Shown piece after piece: positions 38,816-52,890 of a stretch of DNA of 64,000 bases (positions are counted from its first letter, which is position 1; every line of letters starts with the position of its first letter). This stretch comes from Eledone cirrhosa (Eukaryota). The position numbers were made by a program, and so were the translations under genes. The notes below the pieces were generated by a model. It saw only the letters and a list, made by a program, of their open reading frames with translations. It searched no databases and was not told the DNA's origin. The stretch spans positions 62,001 to 126,000 of the forward strand of contig CAXHJY010000518.1 in the NCBI GenBank assembly GCA_964016885.1, in the 5' to 3' direction.

Positions 38816-39880
38816 TAAAATAACAGATTAAAGTTTAAGCAAAGAATCGCTGCTTTCACCCTTAACGGGATCTTCTGAAACTAACAAAGTCAATCTGTAA
38901 ACGCAGAACTGGATATTTCAAAAAACGTTGCAACCGGAGGAAGACAGGAAGACGATACTTTGGTTCGTGGTAACGTTCGCTGGCAAAGAACGGGAAAAAA
39001 CGAATAATACGTCATTAATAGGAGCGGTGAAAAACAATTACGCGCAAAGACAAAACCACGTTTATGGTATAAAAGAGGTCGTAGACTAATGTTCTCTTAG
39101 GTGGTGCATAGAGACGTTCTCTGGCAATGAACGAAAAAACGAAGATAATAAGTCATATGTGGAGCGTGGAGAACAATAACACGCAAAGACAAAACCACGT
39201 AAATGGTATAGCAGAAATCGTAGACTAAAATTCTAACTAGGAGACCAAATGAATCTCCGCTACAGGGTAAATGTAACACAAAATCTGTCGTTTATGAGGC
39301 TAAGATAACGCCAGTAATCAACAACCAGCCAGCCAGGAGTGAGCGATATGTCGGTATGACCCAGGACAGGTTTAAAACCAGATTTTACTCACATGTCGCT
39401 TCTTTTAAGCACTCCGATAAACGAACATCAACGGCCCTCGCAAGTAAGGTATGGGATCTCAAGGATAGTAACATCCCGTACTCTATTGATTGGTCTATAT
39501 TAGACCATTCGAGAGAGTACCAAAGGAGCACAAAGAATTGTTCTTTGTGTACCACAGAAAAGTATAGGATTTTGCTAAACTTGAGAGCCACTTCCGTTTG
39601 CCTTAACTCTAAGACTGAGATCTTCAGATCCTGTCCTCATCTGAAATCGCATCTGATCTGTAACTGGATTGACACTCCTATGATAAATCAACCGCCTTGA
39701 ACTCCTTTCCTGCTCTTTACTTCTGCTACGGTTTTTATTTTGCTGATTCTCCGTTCTGTACTCTTGTATATTTTTAAAAAAATGTTCTCCCTTACCTCCC
39801 CTTATATTTTACCTCCTCTTATGCCCCCCCCCCCCATATATTCTTTTTGTTTTGCACTACACATACCTATGTGTATGTAT
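38811..39880 (+). mobile_element. Second Naiad-like PLE fragment: GIY-YIG C-terminus plus 3' UTR
   Basis: About 39255-39700 encodes PLQGKCNTKSVVYEAKI...YVGMTQDRFKTRFYSH...STALASKVW...CSLCTTEK...LNSKTEIFRSCPH. Confidence 0.8.
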
Positions 39881-39883
39881 TCT

Positions 39884-39922
<39 letters not shown>

Positions 39923-39929
39923 ATATATG

Positions 39930-39978
<49 letters not shown>

Positions 39979-40079
39979 TCAGGTTATCAATAATGTAGTG
40001 ATAATATATCGTTACGTTAGAGATGAACAGCGTACGTGCAGGTTTGCTCAACGAGTATAAATTATATTCCGGAGAAATG

Positions 40080-40702
40080 TAGAAAGGATGAATATAAAAT
40101 GAAAGTGCTTTTGTTAAAAAAGGAATTTATTAGGTATTGACATATGTTTCTGTAACAGACCGAATACCTATGTATCGCTGCTTGCGTAATCATATAATGT
40201 TAGCAAGTATTCGATAGCAAATGTATAATCAGTTGTCACTTCTTCAGAGATTTTGGATAAACTGGATAAAATCAGAAAAATTGATTATGATTAATACTAC
40301 TGCACCAAATGACCAGCCCTGTCCACTGTCCAGTTGGTCAAGTAGAGATTAAAATCGGCACCCCCAAAATTCTTATTTAGATTTACTCATGGTATTCTCA
40401 TTAAAAACCCATTATATACTTGTTTAGCAGTAAATTATTTTACCATCTGTCATATTCTATCCCCTCTGTTCCTTCCTCTTTTACTAATATAAATACTTCA
40501 ATTTTTCTGATTTTATCCAGTTTATCCAAAATCTCTGAAGAAGTGACAACTGATTATACATTTGCTATCGAATACTTGCTAACATTATATGATTACGCAA
40601 GCAGCGATACATAGGTATTCGGTCTGTTACAGAAACATATGTCAATACCTAATAAATTCCTTTTTTAACAAAAGCACTTTCATTTTATATTCATCCTTTC
40701 TA
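40080..40702. repeat. Inverted repeat (arms of about 205 bp, spacer of about 213 bp) carrying hammerhead-like cores
   Basis: 40080-40284 is the reverse complement of 40498-40702. CTGAAGA...GAAACATATGTC lies at 40535-40643, but helix I is poor. Confidence 0.85.
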
Positions 40703-40797
40703 TATATATATATATGTATATATGTATGTATGTGTATGTGTATATATATGTATATTTGTGTGTGTATATGTATGTATATGTGGATAAACCAGGTTTT

Positions 40798-40857
40798 TTT
40801 CATTCTGAAGATTGAAGGAAACATTTTTTGCTTTTAAGAAACCACTGGTGAATGGAA
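40798..40857 (+). ncRNA. Degenerate hammerhead (GUG cleavage triplet)
   Basis: Homologue of 41995-42054: CTGAAGA...GAAACCACTGGTG AATGGAA. Confidence 0.6.
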
Positions 40858-41224
40858 TAATTGCCTTATGTTGCTTTATTACTTTACTACTATATATATA
40901 CGTTTATGTAAGGTTTATTTGTCTTATCTAAGACTGAGTTTTACACATACACACATGTATATGTGTGTGTGTATGTGTATGCATATGTGTATATGTACGT
41001 ATATGTGTATATATGTATATATATATGTATATATATATATGTATGTATATATGTGTGTGTATTTATATATATGTATGTATGTGTGTGTGTGTGTGTGTTT
41101 GTTTTTGGTTGTGCGTGTTTATGATATATACGTATTTGCATGTGTATAATTGTTTAGCTATGTATGTATATGTGTGTGTATGTATACGTATATGTGTGTG
41201 TGTGTGTGTGCGTTTATATTTTTG

Positions 41225-41255
<31 letters not shown>

Positions 41256-41705
41256 ATATAATTACATATACACGTGTGTGTGTATATATTGTATACGTGT
41301 GCGTGTTTGTGTATGTATGTGTATGTATGTGTTTATGTATTTGTATATGTATATTTATGTGTGAGAGTGTGTGTATGTGTTTACTATTTCGTACGTATGT
41401 ATACGTGCTTTTGTGTGTATTACTTACCACGCGTGTCTGTCCTGTTAGCTGCTTCATGTAACGGTGTCAAAAATTTTTTAATATATATATATATATATTT
41501 TTTTTTTCTTATATTTATTTGCGTGTGTGAATATGTAGAGGAGTGCATTCATGTATGTGTATGTATGTATGTTTTGTATGTTTGTGTGAATGTATGTATG
41601 TATATGTGTGTGTATATGGCTATGTTTGTGTATGTGTATGCTTGTACACACACATGTGCATGTGTATGTATGTGCATGTGTGTATATATATATATATATA
41701 TATGC

Positions 41706-41756
<51 letters not shown>

Positions 41757-41994
41757 AATGTATGTATGTGTATATGTGTATATATGTATATGTGTATGTA
41801 AGTGTACGTTTTATATAAATGTGTATATGTATATATATATGTATATATGTATGTGTGTGTAAGTATGCTTTTGTGTTTTTTTGTGTGTGTGTTTTCACGT
41901 GTAGTTTTATTTTATTTTTCCTTTCCAGCCTCACTTTCATATAGATTGCATTATTGTTTCTTAAAATCCAAATTCAATAAACAAACCAGGATTT

Positions 41995-42054
41995 TTTCAT
42001 TCTGAGGATTGAAAGCAAAACCTTTTGCTTTTAAGAAACCATTGGTAAATGGAA
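41995..42054 (+). ncRNA. Type I hammerhead ribozyme
   Basis: TTTCATT CTGAGGA TTGAAAGCAAAA-cc-TTTTGCTTTTAA GAAA CCATTGG TA AATGGAA. Confidence 0.85.
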
Positions 42055-42168
42055 TAATTGCCTTATGCTGTTTATTACATAATAATAATAATTAAGCTCT
42101 GTTGCCTACATAGAGCACTCTTTTTTCCTGGACTTTTCCGATGGAATTACTTCACATATATATATATT

Positions 42169-42199
<31 letters not shown>

Positions 42200-42203
42200 T
42201 GTA

Positions 42204-42234
<31 letters not shown>

Positions 42235-42452
42235 ATATATATGTATATATATATATATGTATATATATATATAGATGTATATATATATATATAGATGTAT
42301 GTAAATATCTTTAAGTCGTTTCGAAGCCTCAACAAGGCAAATGGGTAAATCTCCGGGTGGTGGAGAGAGAGATGTATATATATATGTATGTGTATGTATC
42401 TATATTTATGTATATATATATTTATATATATATATGTATATATATATATATT

Positions 42453-42483
<31 letters not shown>

Positions 42484-42557
42484 TTATATATATGTATATA
42501 TATATGTATATATATATGTATATATATATGTATATATATATATTTATATATATATAT

Positions 42558-42705
42558 GGAAGGGCATCCAACTGTAGAAAACCCGCCAGACAGTCCTATG
42601 CGAGCAAGACAACCACTCTTGCCTCAAGTGGGAAAACCCCCGTCCAAACCCATGCAAGCGTGGAACACGGACGCTAAACCTGATGATGATGATGATGATG
42701 ATGAT
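42558..42705 (+). mobile_element. RTE family B 3' tip with (GAT)n
   Basis: Matches 5083-5247. Confidence 0.85.
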
Positions 42706-42706
42706 G

Positions 42707-42743
<37 letters not shown>

Positions 42744-42744
42744 T

Positions 42745-42815
<71 letters not shown>

Positions 42816-42846
42816 GTATATATATATATATGTATATATATATATG

Positions 42847-42877
<31 letters not shown>

Positions 42878-42889
42878 GTATATGTATAT

Positions 42890-42950
<61 letters not shown>

Positions 42951-43092
42951 TTGTTATATTTGGGGAGGGTCATATTTGCGTAATATTGCCAGAATTAATA
43001 ACAGAACACACTCACTGTTTGGTTGGTTTTCGCTTCTCGCTGTCTTTTATATATATATATCTGCGATCTAACTTACTCAAAAAACCTCGCAA

Positions 43093-43095
<3 letters not shown>

Positions 43096-43164
<69 letters not shown>

Positions 43165-43171
43165 GTGTATA

Positions 43172-43217
<46 letters not shown>

Positions 43218-43249
43218 AATGTATATATATGTATATATATATGTGTATA

Positions 43250-43295
<46 letters not shown>

Positions 43296-43352
43296 AATGT
43301 ATATATATGTGTATATGTATATATATGTATATATATATATATAAATGTATAT

Positions 43353-43386
<34 letters not shown>

Positions 43387-43430
43387 ATGTATATGTATAT
43401 ATGTATATGTATATATATATATGTATATGT

Positions 43431-43476
<46 letters not shown>

Positions 43477-43750
43477 ATATATATATATGTATATGTATAT
43501 GTGTATGTATATATATATATATGTATATGTATATGTGTATATATATGTATATATATATATGTATATGTGTATATATATGTATATATATATATATATGTAT
43601 ATGTGTATCTATATATGTATATATATATATGTATATATATATATGTATATGTATATGTGTATATATATATGTATATATATATATGTGTATATATATATAT
43701 ATATATATGTATATGTATATATGTATATTTATATATATATGTATATGTAT

Positions 43751-43782
<32 letters not shown>

Positions 43783-43871
43783 CTGTATATGTGTATATAT
43801 ATATATATATGTGTATATGTATATATGTATATATGTATATATGTATATGTGTATATGTATATGTATATATG

Positions 43872-43904
<33 letters not shown>

Positions 43905-43905
43905 G

Positions 43906-43954
<49 letters not shown>

Positions 43955-44247
43955 GTATATGTATATATATATGTATATATATATATATATGTATATATGT
44001 ATATATATATGTATATATGTATATATGTATATATATACATATATATATATATATATGTATATGTATATATATATGTATATATGTATATATATATGTATAT
44101 ATATATATGTATATATATATGTATATGTATATATATATATGTATATGTATATGTATATATATATGTATATGTATATATATATATGTATATATATATGTAT
44201 ATATATATATATATGTATATGTATATATATATATGTATATATATATG

Positions 44248-44282
<35 letters not shown>

Positions 44283-44473
44283 GTATATATATATGTATAT
44301 ATATATGTATATATATATATGTATATATATATGTATATGTATATATATATATGTATATATATATGTATATATATATATGTATATATATATGTATATATAT
44401 ATATATGTATATATATATGTATATATATATATGTATATATATATGTATATATATATATATGTATATATATATG

Positions 44474-44504
<31 letters not shown>

Positions 44505-44517
44505 GTATATATATATG

Positions 44518-44548
<31 letters not shown>

Positions 44549-44609
44549 GTATATATATGTATATATGTATATATTTATATGTATATATATATGTGTATAT
44601 ATATATGTG

Positions 44610-44658
<49 letters not shown>

Positions 44659-44731
44659 GTATATATATATATGTATATATATATATATGTATATATGTAT
44701 ATATATATATATGTATGTATATATATATGTA
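43096..44731. repeat. Degenerate (TA)n array
   Basis: Read directly from the sequence. Confidence 0.96.
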
Positions 44732-44858
44732 TCATCATCATCATCATCATCATCAATTTCTGCCGGACCGGCAACCGCTCTTTCAAACCAGTTCCTGTAC
44801 ACAGCTAAGTATTCTATAAGTCTCTAGCTGTGTCATTCTCGATAAAAGCACTGGATAT

Positions 44859-44901
44859 GTAGTCCTGATGATTTCTAACTAGAATGAAACGCGTAGATTA
44901 C
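44859..44901 (+). ncRNA. Minimal type I hammerhead ribozyme
   Basis: GTAGTC CTGATGA tTTCT-aact-AGAAt GAAA CGCG TA GATTAC. Helix I is extended by ATTCTCGATAAAAGCA / TGCTTTTATCGAGAAT. Confidence 0.88.
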
Positions 44902-45168
44902 TTCCCTTGCTTTTATCGAGAATCTAATTGTAATACGTGACGTATTCTATTCTATAGCGATTAGGTCTTCAAAATGTTTATTATAAACATACAGAATATT
45001 TTCGAATATTCTATGTCTATATTCACATATATATCGCTATTTCAGAGCATTTATTCCAATTTCTAATTTCTGCCGGACCGGCAACCGCTCTTTCAAACCA
45101 GTTCCTGTACACAGCTAAGTATTCTATAAGTCTCTAGCTGTGTCATTCTCGATAAAAGCACTGGATAT

Positions 45169-45211
45169 GTAGTCCTGATGATTTCTAACTAGAATGAAAC
45201 GCGTAGATTAC
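45169..45211 (+). ncRNA. Minimal type I hammerhead ribozyme (second copy)
   Basis: Identical to 44859-44901. Confidence 0.88.
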
Positions 45212-45685
45212 TTCCCTTGCTTTTATCGAGAATCTAATTGTAATACGTGACGTATTCTATTCTATAGCGATTAGGTCTTCAAAATGTTTATTATAAACAT
45301 ACAGAATATTTTCGAATATTCTATGTCTATATTCACATATATATATATGTATATATATATGTGTGTATATATATATATATGTACATATATATATATATAT
45401 GTATATATATATATGTATGTATATATAATATATGTACATATATATATATATATGTATATATATATATGTATGTATATATATATATATGTACATATAATAT
45501 ATATATCTGTATGTATATGTATATATATGTATATATATATGTATATATATGTATATATATGTATATATATGTATATGTATATATATATATGTATATATAT
45601 GTATATATATGTATATATATATATATGTATATATATATGTATATATATGTATATATATGTATGTATATATATATGTATATATATA

Positions 45686-47225
45686 TCAATCTGAAAATAT
45701 TGAAGAGATAAGACACTTTCCCATTCTTCTCTGCTAAAATGTATCACTAGAGCTGATTCCAATTTTTCCCAGCCAGCCATCCATCTAATCTACGAAGGTA
45801 TTTTAGCCTACATATTGTCGTTAATATTATGATGTTCCCTGCTGTATTAGCGTTAAATTTTCCCTGCTGTATTAGCGATAAATTTTCGAGGGTTTCTCTT
45901 AGTAGCTTTTTTCATGACGTTATTATTGTTAATTTTACTGATGTAGTATTAACTTATTAACTTGGATATTTACCATGCGGTATTCTAATACTATTGTATC
46001 TCTCTCAGTTATTTACCATGCGACCCTCAGTTCCTACCCCCCCCCCCTCTCTATGCACTTCTTTAAGGCTTACTACCCTGTCTTTAACCTAATTCATTCA
46101 ATCTGAAAATATTGAGGAGATAAGACACTTTCCCATTCTTCTCTGCTAAAATGTATCACTAGAGCTGATTCCAATTTTCCCAGCCAGCCATCCATCTAAT
46201 CTACGAAGGTATTTTAGCCTACATATTGTCGTTAATATTATGATGTTCCCTGCTGTATTAGCGTTAAATTTTCCCTGCTGTATTAGCGATAAATTTTCGA
46301 GGGTTTCTCTTAGTAGCTTTTTTCATGACGTTATTATTGTTAATTTTACTGATGTAGTATTAACTTATTAACTTGGATATTTACCATGCGGTATTCTAAT
46401 CCTATTGTATCTCTCTCAGTTATTTACCATGCGACCCTCAGTGCCTACCCCCCCCCCCCTCTATGCACTTCTTTAAGGCTTACTACCCTGTCTTTAACCT
46501 AATTCATTCAATCTGAAAATATTGAAGAGATAAGACACTTTCCCATTCTTCTCTGCTAAAATGTATCACTAGAGCTGATTCCAATTTTCCCAGCCAGCCA
46601 TCCATCTAATCTACGAAGGTATTTTAGCCTACATATTGTCGTTAATATTATGATGTTCCCTGCTGTATTAGCGTTAAATTTTCCCTGCTGTATTAGCGAT
46701 AAATTTTCGAGGGTTTCTCTTAGTAGCTTTTTTCATGACGTTATTATTGTTAATTTTACTGATGTAGTATTAACTTATTAACTTGGATATTTACCATGCG
46801 GTATTCTAATCCTATTGTATCTCTCTCAGATATTTACCATGCGACCCTCAGTTCCTACCCCCCCCCCCCCCTCTCTATGCACTTCTTTAAGGCTTACTAC
46901 CCTGTCTTTAACCTAATTCATTCAATCTGAAAATATTGAAGAGATAAGACACTTTCCCATTCTTCTCTGCTAAAATGTATCACTAGAGCTGATTCCAATT
47001 TTCCCAGCCAGCCATCCATCTAATCTACGAAGGTATTTTAGCCTACATATTGTCGTTAATATTATGATGTTCCCTGCTGTATTAGCGTTAAATTTTCCCT
47101 GCTGTATTAGCGATAAATTTTCGAGGGTTTCTCTTAGTAGCTTTTTTCAGGACGTTATTATTGTTAATTTTACTGATGTAGTATTAACTTGGATATTTAC
47201 CATGCGACCCTCAGTTCCTACCTCA
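45686..47225. repeat. Tandem repeat with a unit of about 411 bp (about 3.7 units)
   Basis: tcaatctgaaaatattga recurs at 45686, 46098, 46508 and 46922. Units differ mainly in poly-C length. Confidence 0.93.
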
Positions 47226-47469
47226 CAATTTCCCTCCCCCCCACCCCCACACACCACCATAGTCTATTCGACCAATCAAACCTAGCATGCCATTTCCACT
47301 GCTGCTGCTGCTACTACCTGCCTAACTAACTCTCTCCTCCTCTGGCGCATCCCAACACACCCTGCCATTACCCCACCACCACTGTCCTTCTAGCCCTCAA
47401 TTTTCCCACCGTTATGGATGGATGAGCTGGGAATACACGAGCAACTCTGAATCAATAGATGAAATATGA

Positions 47470-50378
47470 ATCTGCGAGCTACCAAGCACCGACGGCTTCA
47501 ATAGAGTACATGGAGGCCATGGAGTTGGCACAAGGAATGAGGAAGGATTCAGACTTCTAGAATTCTGCGACGCCAATGACATGTCGATATGTAACACAAA
47601 CTTTAAAAAACCCGACAACCACCTGATCACCTATAGATCAGGGGAGCACTCTAGTCAGTTAGATTTTATCCTCATCAGAGGACGTGACAGATGGACGGTT
47701 GTAAACACAAAAGCCTTCCCTAGTGAGGAATGTACATCCCAACATAGCTTAGTTGTCAGCGACCTCACGGTCAGAACTAGACGAGCCCTGAAACAGAGGC
47801 CAACCTGGAGAAGAAAGATCTGGAAGCTGAAAGTCCCCTCAACCAGTAACAGATTTAAAGATATTTTACTCAACGCCTACGACAGTAAAGAAGAACAGAT
47901 AGAGACATTTAACGTAGAAGAGAACTGGGAGTTCCTAAAAAATAACTTACTAGAGGCGACGGATGAGGTTTGTGGCTGGAGTAAGACCTCAAGCAGGAGG
48001 AGAGTGACTTGGTGGTGGAACAATAAGGTAGATGAAGCAGTCAAGGCCAAGAGGCAGGCATGGAAAGAATGGAAGAACGGGGGGAGCAGGGTACATTACA
48101 TAGAGACCAAGAGGGAAGCTAGGCGACAAGTATACTTAGCTAGGAGGGAAGCAGAGGATAGAAAATTCAAGCATGTTTTACAACGTGAGGACCAGAAACA
48201 GGAGGTATTCAAGATTACGAGGCAGTGTGTCAGAGATAGTTGTGATGTCATTGGAGAGAAGTGTATCCGGAATGATAAAGGTGAGCTTGCCCTCACAAGT
48301 GCTGAGAAGAAAGATGCATGGAAGAGTCATTATGATAGATTACTAAATGAGGAGAATGCATGGGAAGAAGAGACCCTACCCCACGTAGACCCTATAGAGG
48401 GACCAGCAGTACAAGTCAGCGGCAGCGTAGTAAGTAAGGCAATCAGAGATATGAAGATAGGGAAGGCAACCGGTCCATCGGGTATAGCTGCCGAGATGCT
48501 GAAGGCATCTGGGTCTGTAGGTCACACTATAACCACACGTATCGTTAACCAGGTAATACTAGAGGGGGCCATACCAAAAGATTGGTGCAGTAGCATCATT
48601 GTCAACTGCTACAAAGGTAAAGGCGATGCACTAGATAGAGGAAACTATAGAGGTATAAAGTTGATGGACCAGGTCATGAAAGTAACAGAAAGAGTTATAG
48701 CACAGCTGATTAGGGACCGGGTGAATATAGACGAGATGCAATTTGGGTTTGTACCAGGGAAAGGCACCACTGATGCCCTCTTCCTTGTGAGGCAATTACA
48801 GGAAAAGTACCTAGCTAAAAGTAAGCCACTCTACTTGGCATTTGTCGACCTTGAGAAAGCCTTTGACAGAGTTCCACGTGCAGTAATCTGGTGGGCTCTT
48901 AGAAAACTAGGAGTAGATGAATGGCTTGTGAAAGCGGTACAAGCCATGTATAGGGGAGCAGTCAGCAAAGTTAGGATTGGCAATGAGTATAGCGAGGAAT
49001 TTAGCGTACAGGTTGGGGTCCACCAGGGCTCTGTTCTTAGCCCTCTCCTGTTCATCATAGTCCTGCAGGCAATAACGGAGGAGTTTAAGACCGGATGCCC
49101 ATGGGAACTCCTGTATGCTGATGACCTCGCACTCATAGCTGAATCTATGGTAGAACTAGAGAATAAATTCCAAACCTGGAAGCAGGGACTAGAGAGAAAG
49201 GGCCTCAAAGTCAACATGACAAAGACTAAGGTCCTTATAAGTAGACGAGAAAACAGAACCCAGATCCCCTCAGGGAAATGGCCTTGCTCAGTATGTAGGA
49301 AAGGTGTAGGTAGGAACTCCATTCTTTGCCCCAAATGCAAACAATGGGTACACAAGAGATGTAGCGGGATCTCAGGAAGCTTAATTAAGAATGTAGGATT
49401 CACATGCAGCAGCTGTGCTGAAACAGCAAGCAAACAGCCACAGGAAACAAGTACCACCAATCTCTGGGAGGGCCCTGTAGAAACAGTAGACAGCTTCTGC
49501 TACCTAGGTGACCGAATTAGCAACGGAGGTGGGTGCTCAGAAAGTACAATAACTAGGGTAAGAACGGGATGGAAGAAGTTTAGGGAACTACTACCACTGC
49601 TAGCTGCAAAAGGCTTCTCCCTCAGAATGAAAGGCAGACTGTATGATGCGTGTATCCGAACAGCGATGTTGCATGGTAGTGAGACCTGGGCGCTGAAGGT
49701 GGAAGACTTACGTAGATTAGAGAGAAACGAAGCCTGCATGCTCCGATGGATGTGTAACAGTAATATACGTGAACGACAAAGCATAAAGGAATTGAGAGAG
49801 AGACTGAGCATAAGAGGAATCAAATGCTGCGTGCAGGAGAGGCGGTTACGCTGGTATGGACATGTGATGCGTATGAAGGATGACAGCTGCATAAAAAGGT
49901 GCAGAGCACTAGAAGTTGATGGAAACCGCGGAGTGGGGAGACCCAAGATGACTTGGGATGAGGTGATAAAAGCCGACCTTACCCAACTACACCTCTCAAA
50001 GTCAATGACACACGACCGTGACTTCTGGCGTCACGCAGTAATACAGGGTACCCGACCTCCCATGGGTACATGCTGAAGCATATAAACAATATGCCCCCCC
50101 CCCCCACCGCAAGGTGGCCGTGGAGGTGCCACGGCAAAAAAGCACCCAGCCCACACTGTAAAGTGGACGTGTAGGCGCCACGAAAAAGCACCCAGCACTC
50201 ACTGTAAATGAGGTTGGTGTTAGGAAGGGCATCCAGCTGTAGAAATCAAGCCAGATCAGTTCCTGTATGAGCAAGGCATGGTCAGCCGACCAGACACTGC
50301 CCACAACAGGACAACCCGTCTAACCCATGCTAGCGTGGAAGAACGGACGTAAAACGGTGATGATGATGATGATGATGA
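47470..50378 (+). mobile_element. 5'-truncated RTE-clade LINE (family A)
   Basis: It has the APE C-terminus, RT, a 3' UTR with repeated gccacg..aaaagcacccagc..cactgtaaa modules, and a (GAT)n tail into (TA)n. Confidence 0.93.
47581..50076 (+). CDS. RTE ORF (end of APE, RT, PHD-like Cys cluster); N-terminus truncated
   Basis: Motifs are QLDFIL, NYRGIKL, FVDLEKAFD, GVHQGSVLSP, LYADD, CSVC...[12 protein letters not shown]...CSSC, GSETW and RLRWYGH. Confidence 0.9.
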   Translation: MSICNTNFKKPDNHLITYRSGEHSSQLDFILIRGRDRWTVVNTKAFPSEECTSQHSLVVSDLTVRTRRALKQRPTWRRKIWKLKVPSTSNRFKDILLNAYDSKEEQIETFNVEENWEFLKNNLLEATDEVCGWSKTSSRRRVTWWWNNKVDEAVKAKRQAWKEWKNGGSRVHYIETKREARRQVYLARREAEDRKFKHVLQREDQKQEVFKITRQCVRDSCDVIGEKCIRNDKGELALTSAEKKDAWKSHYDRLLNEENAWEEETLPHVDPIEGPAVQVSGSVVSKAIRDMKIGKATGPSGIAAEMLKASGSVGHTITTRIVNQVILEGAIPKDWCSSIIVNCYKGKGDALDRGNYRGIKLMDQVMKVTERVIAQLIRDRVNIDEMQFGFVPGKGTTDALFLVRQLQEKYLAKSKPLYLAFVDLEKAFDRVPRAVIWWALRKLGVDEWLVKAVQAMYRGAVSKVRIGNEYSEEFSVQVGVHQGSVLSPLLFIIVLQAITEEFKTGCPWELLYADDLALIAESMVELENKFQTWKQGLERKGLKVNMTKTKVLISRRENRTQIPSGKWPCSVCRKGVGRNSILCPKCKQWVHKRCSGISGSLIKNVGFTCSSCAETASKQPQETSTTNLWEGPVETVDSFCYLGDRISNGGGCSESTITRVRTGWKKFRELLPLLAAKGFSLRMKGRLYDACIRTAMLHGSETWALKVEDLRRLERNEACMLRWMCNSNIRERQSIKELRERLSIRGIKCCVQERRLRWYGHVMRMKDDSCIKRCRALEVDGNRGVGRPKMTWDEVIKADLTQLHLSKSMTHDRDFWRHAVIQGTRPPMGTC

Positions 50379-51544
<1,166 letters not shown>

Positions 51545-51545
<1 letters not shown>

Positions 51546-52890
51546 TGTTATACTTTGGGAGGGTCATGTTGCCAATAAGAAACACACGCACCAGTAGCTT
51601 TCACTTCAATTTATTATATATTTATAAATTTATAAATTTACAAATCTACAAACTTATAAATTTCTGGTTGGTTGGTTTGTTCCACAACCAGATAGTTGTT
51701 TATATATATAGTCATAGTCCTTTCGTCACACACTCTGTGACCTCTTCAGTGACTGGGGATTCCTTTCTTCGTTTCTGTGCCTTTTCTTTCTTCTATCCTA
51801 CGCCATTTTGTTTCTGTGTGTGTGTTGTGTGCTCAGTTTGCGCATGCGCCACATCCGGGTGTCTGTGTGTGTTTGTGTTCATTTTTCTATTTGTTTATTT
51901 ATTTATTTATTTATTGTTGGTTGGTTGTTTGTTCTATGTGTGTGTGTTTTCATTTTGTCCTGTGTGTGTTTTCAATTGTAAGTTGTTTGTTCTATGTGTG
52001 TGTGTGTTTTCATTTTGTCCTTAATTGTAAGTTGTGATGTTGCTGTTCCACTCATTTTTTTTTATTTCATTTTGGTTTTAATTCTTTTATGCTTACTGCC
52101 TCTGTAATTTGCCTAAACATTGCGTCTTTTCTGTGCGTGGATTCTATTTTTATTTTTATTTCTATGCTCTCTAATCTACCCCTGTGTTCTATCTTAGCAT
52201 GTTGGTAGAGCACAGATGATTCTTTATTATCTTGGAGGTCTCGCCAGTGTTCATTTATTCGTTCCCCTATACTACGAGCTGTCTCACCTATGTACACTAT
52301 ATTTTTGTTTCTACATTGTCCTTCAGTACATCTTATGCTATACACTACATTTCTAGTTTTACAGTTAATATGGGGGCTTATTTTACAGGTTATACATTTC
52401 TTATCTATACATGAGGGTCTTTGGAACGGGTATGTCTTGCTAATAAGTGTTTTTACGGAGGTACCAGGTCTTTCTACTATCTTAATATTGAGATTATGTT
52501 TGTTTAGGGCCCTTCTAAATTTGTAGGCTACTTCGCCTCTAGGGGTTGTATTGATGAACATTACACTCTGGTATTTATTGCTATCATACCATGAGTTTAT
52601 TCTATTGGCCTTGTTCCTAGTTCTTTCTATTCTATTCCAAAATTTGCTCCTATACAAGGGGCAGGTCCCATTTATGTCATTATTTACCATTTTTTCCCAT
52701 TTGGTTCTGGCTCCTTTATACACTCTGATTCTATCTCTCTGATTGTAGCCAGAGAACTGCATACGGTGGATGAAGTGTTGTATGTGTCTCTCTAGTTCTT
52801 CGGGGTTGCACATGCGGGACACATTTCTCATCACCCGTACCAAATCCGCAATCAGTACTGATTTGGTACGGGCCACTCTTCCATACGGAT
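51545..52890 (-). mobile_element. PLE 3' fragment (thumb, linker and GIY-YIG)
   Basis: ORF 52067-52897 carries RMQFSGY, CIDKKCITC and NCKTRNVVYSIRC...YIGETARSIGERINEH. Confidence 0.85.

Larger units (their letters stand above)
44755..45340 (+). repeat. Tandem dimer of a 310-bp non-coding unit with a hammerhead (retrozyme-like)
   Basis: The unit starts at 44755 and 45065, and the copies appear identical over about 280 bp. Confidence 0.9.

Noticed and set aside
42313-42340. Partial hammerhead half (GCCT..AGGC..CGAAACGAC, minus strand)
   Set aside because: There is no matching CUGANGA core upstream.
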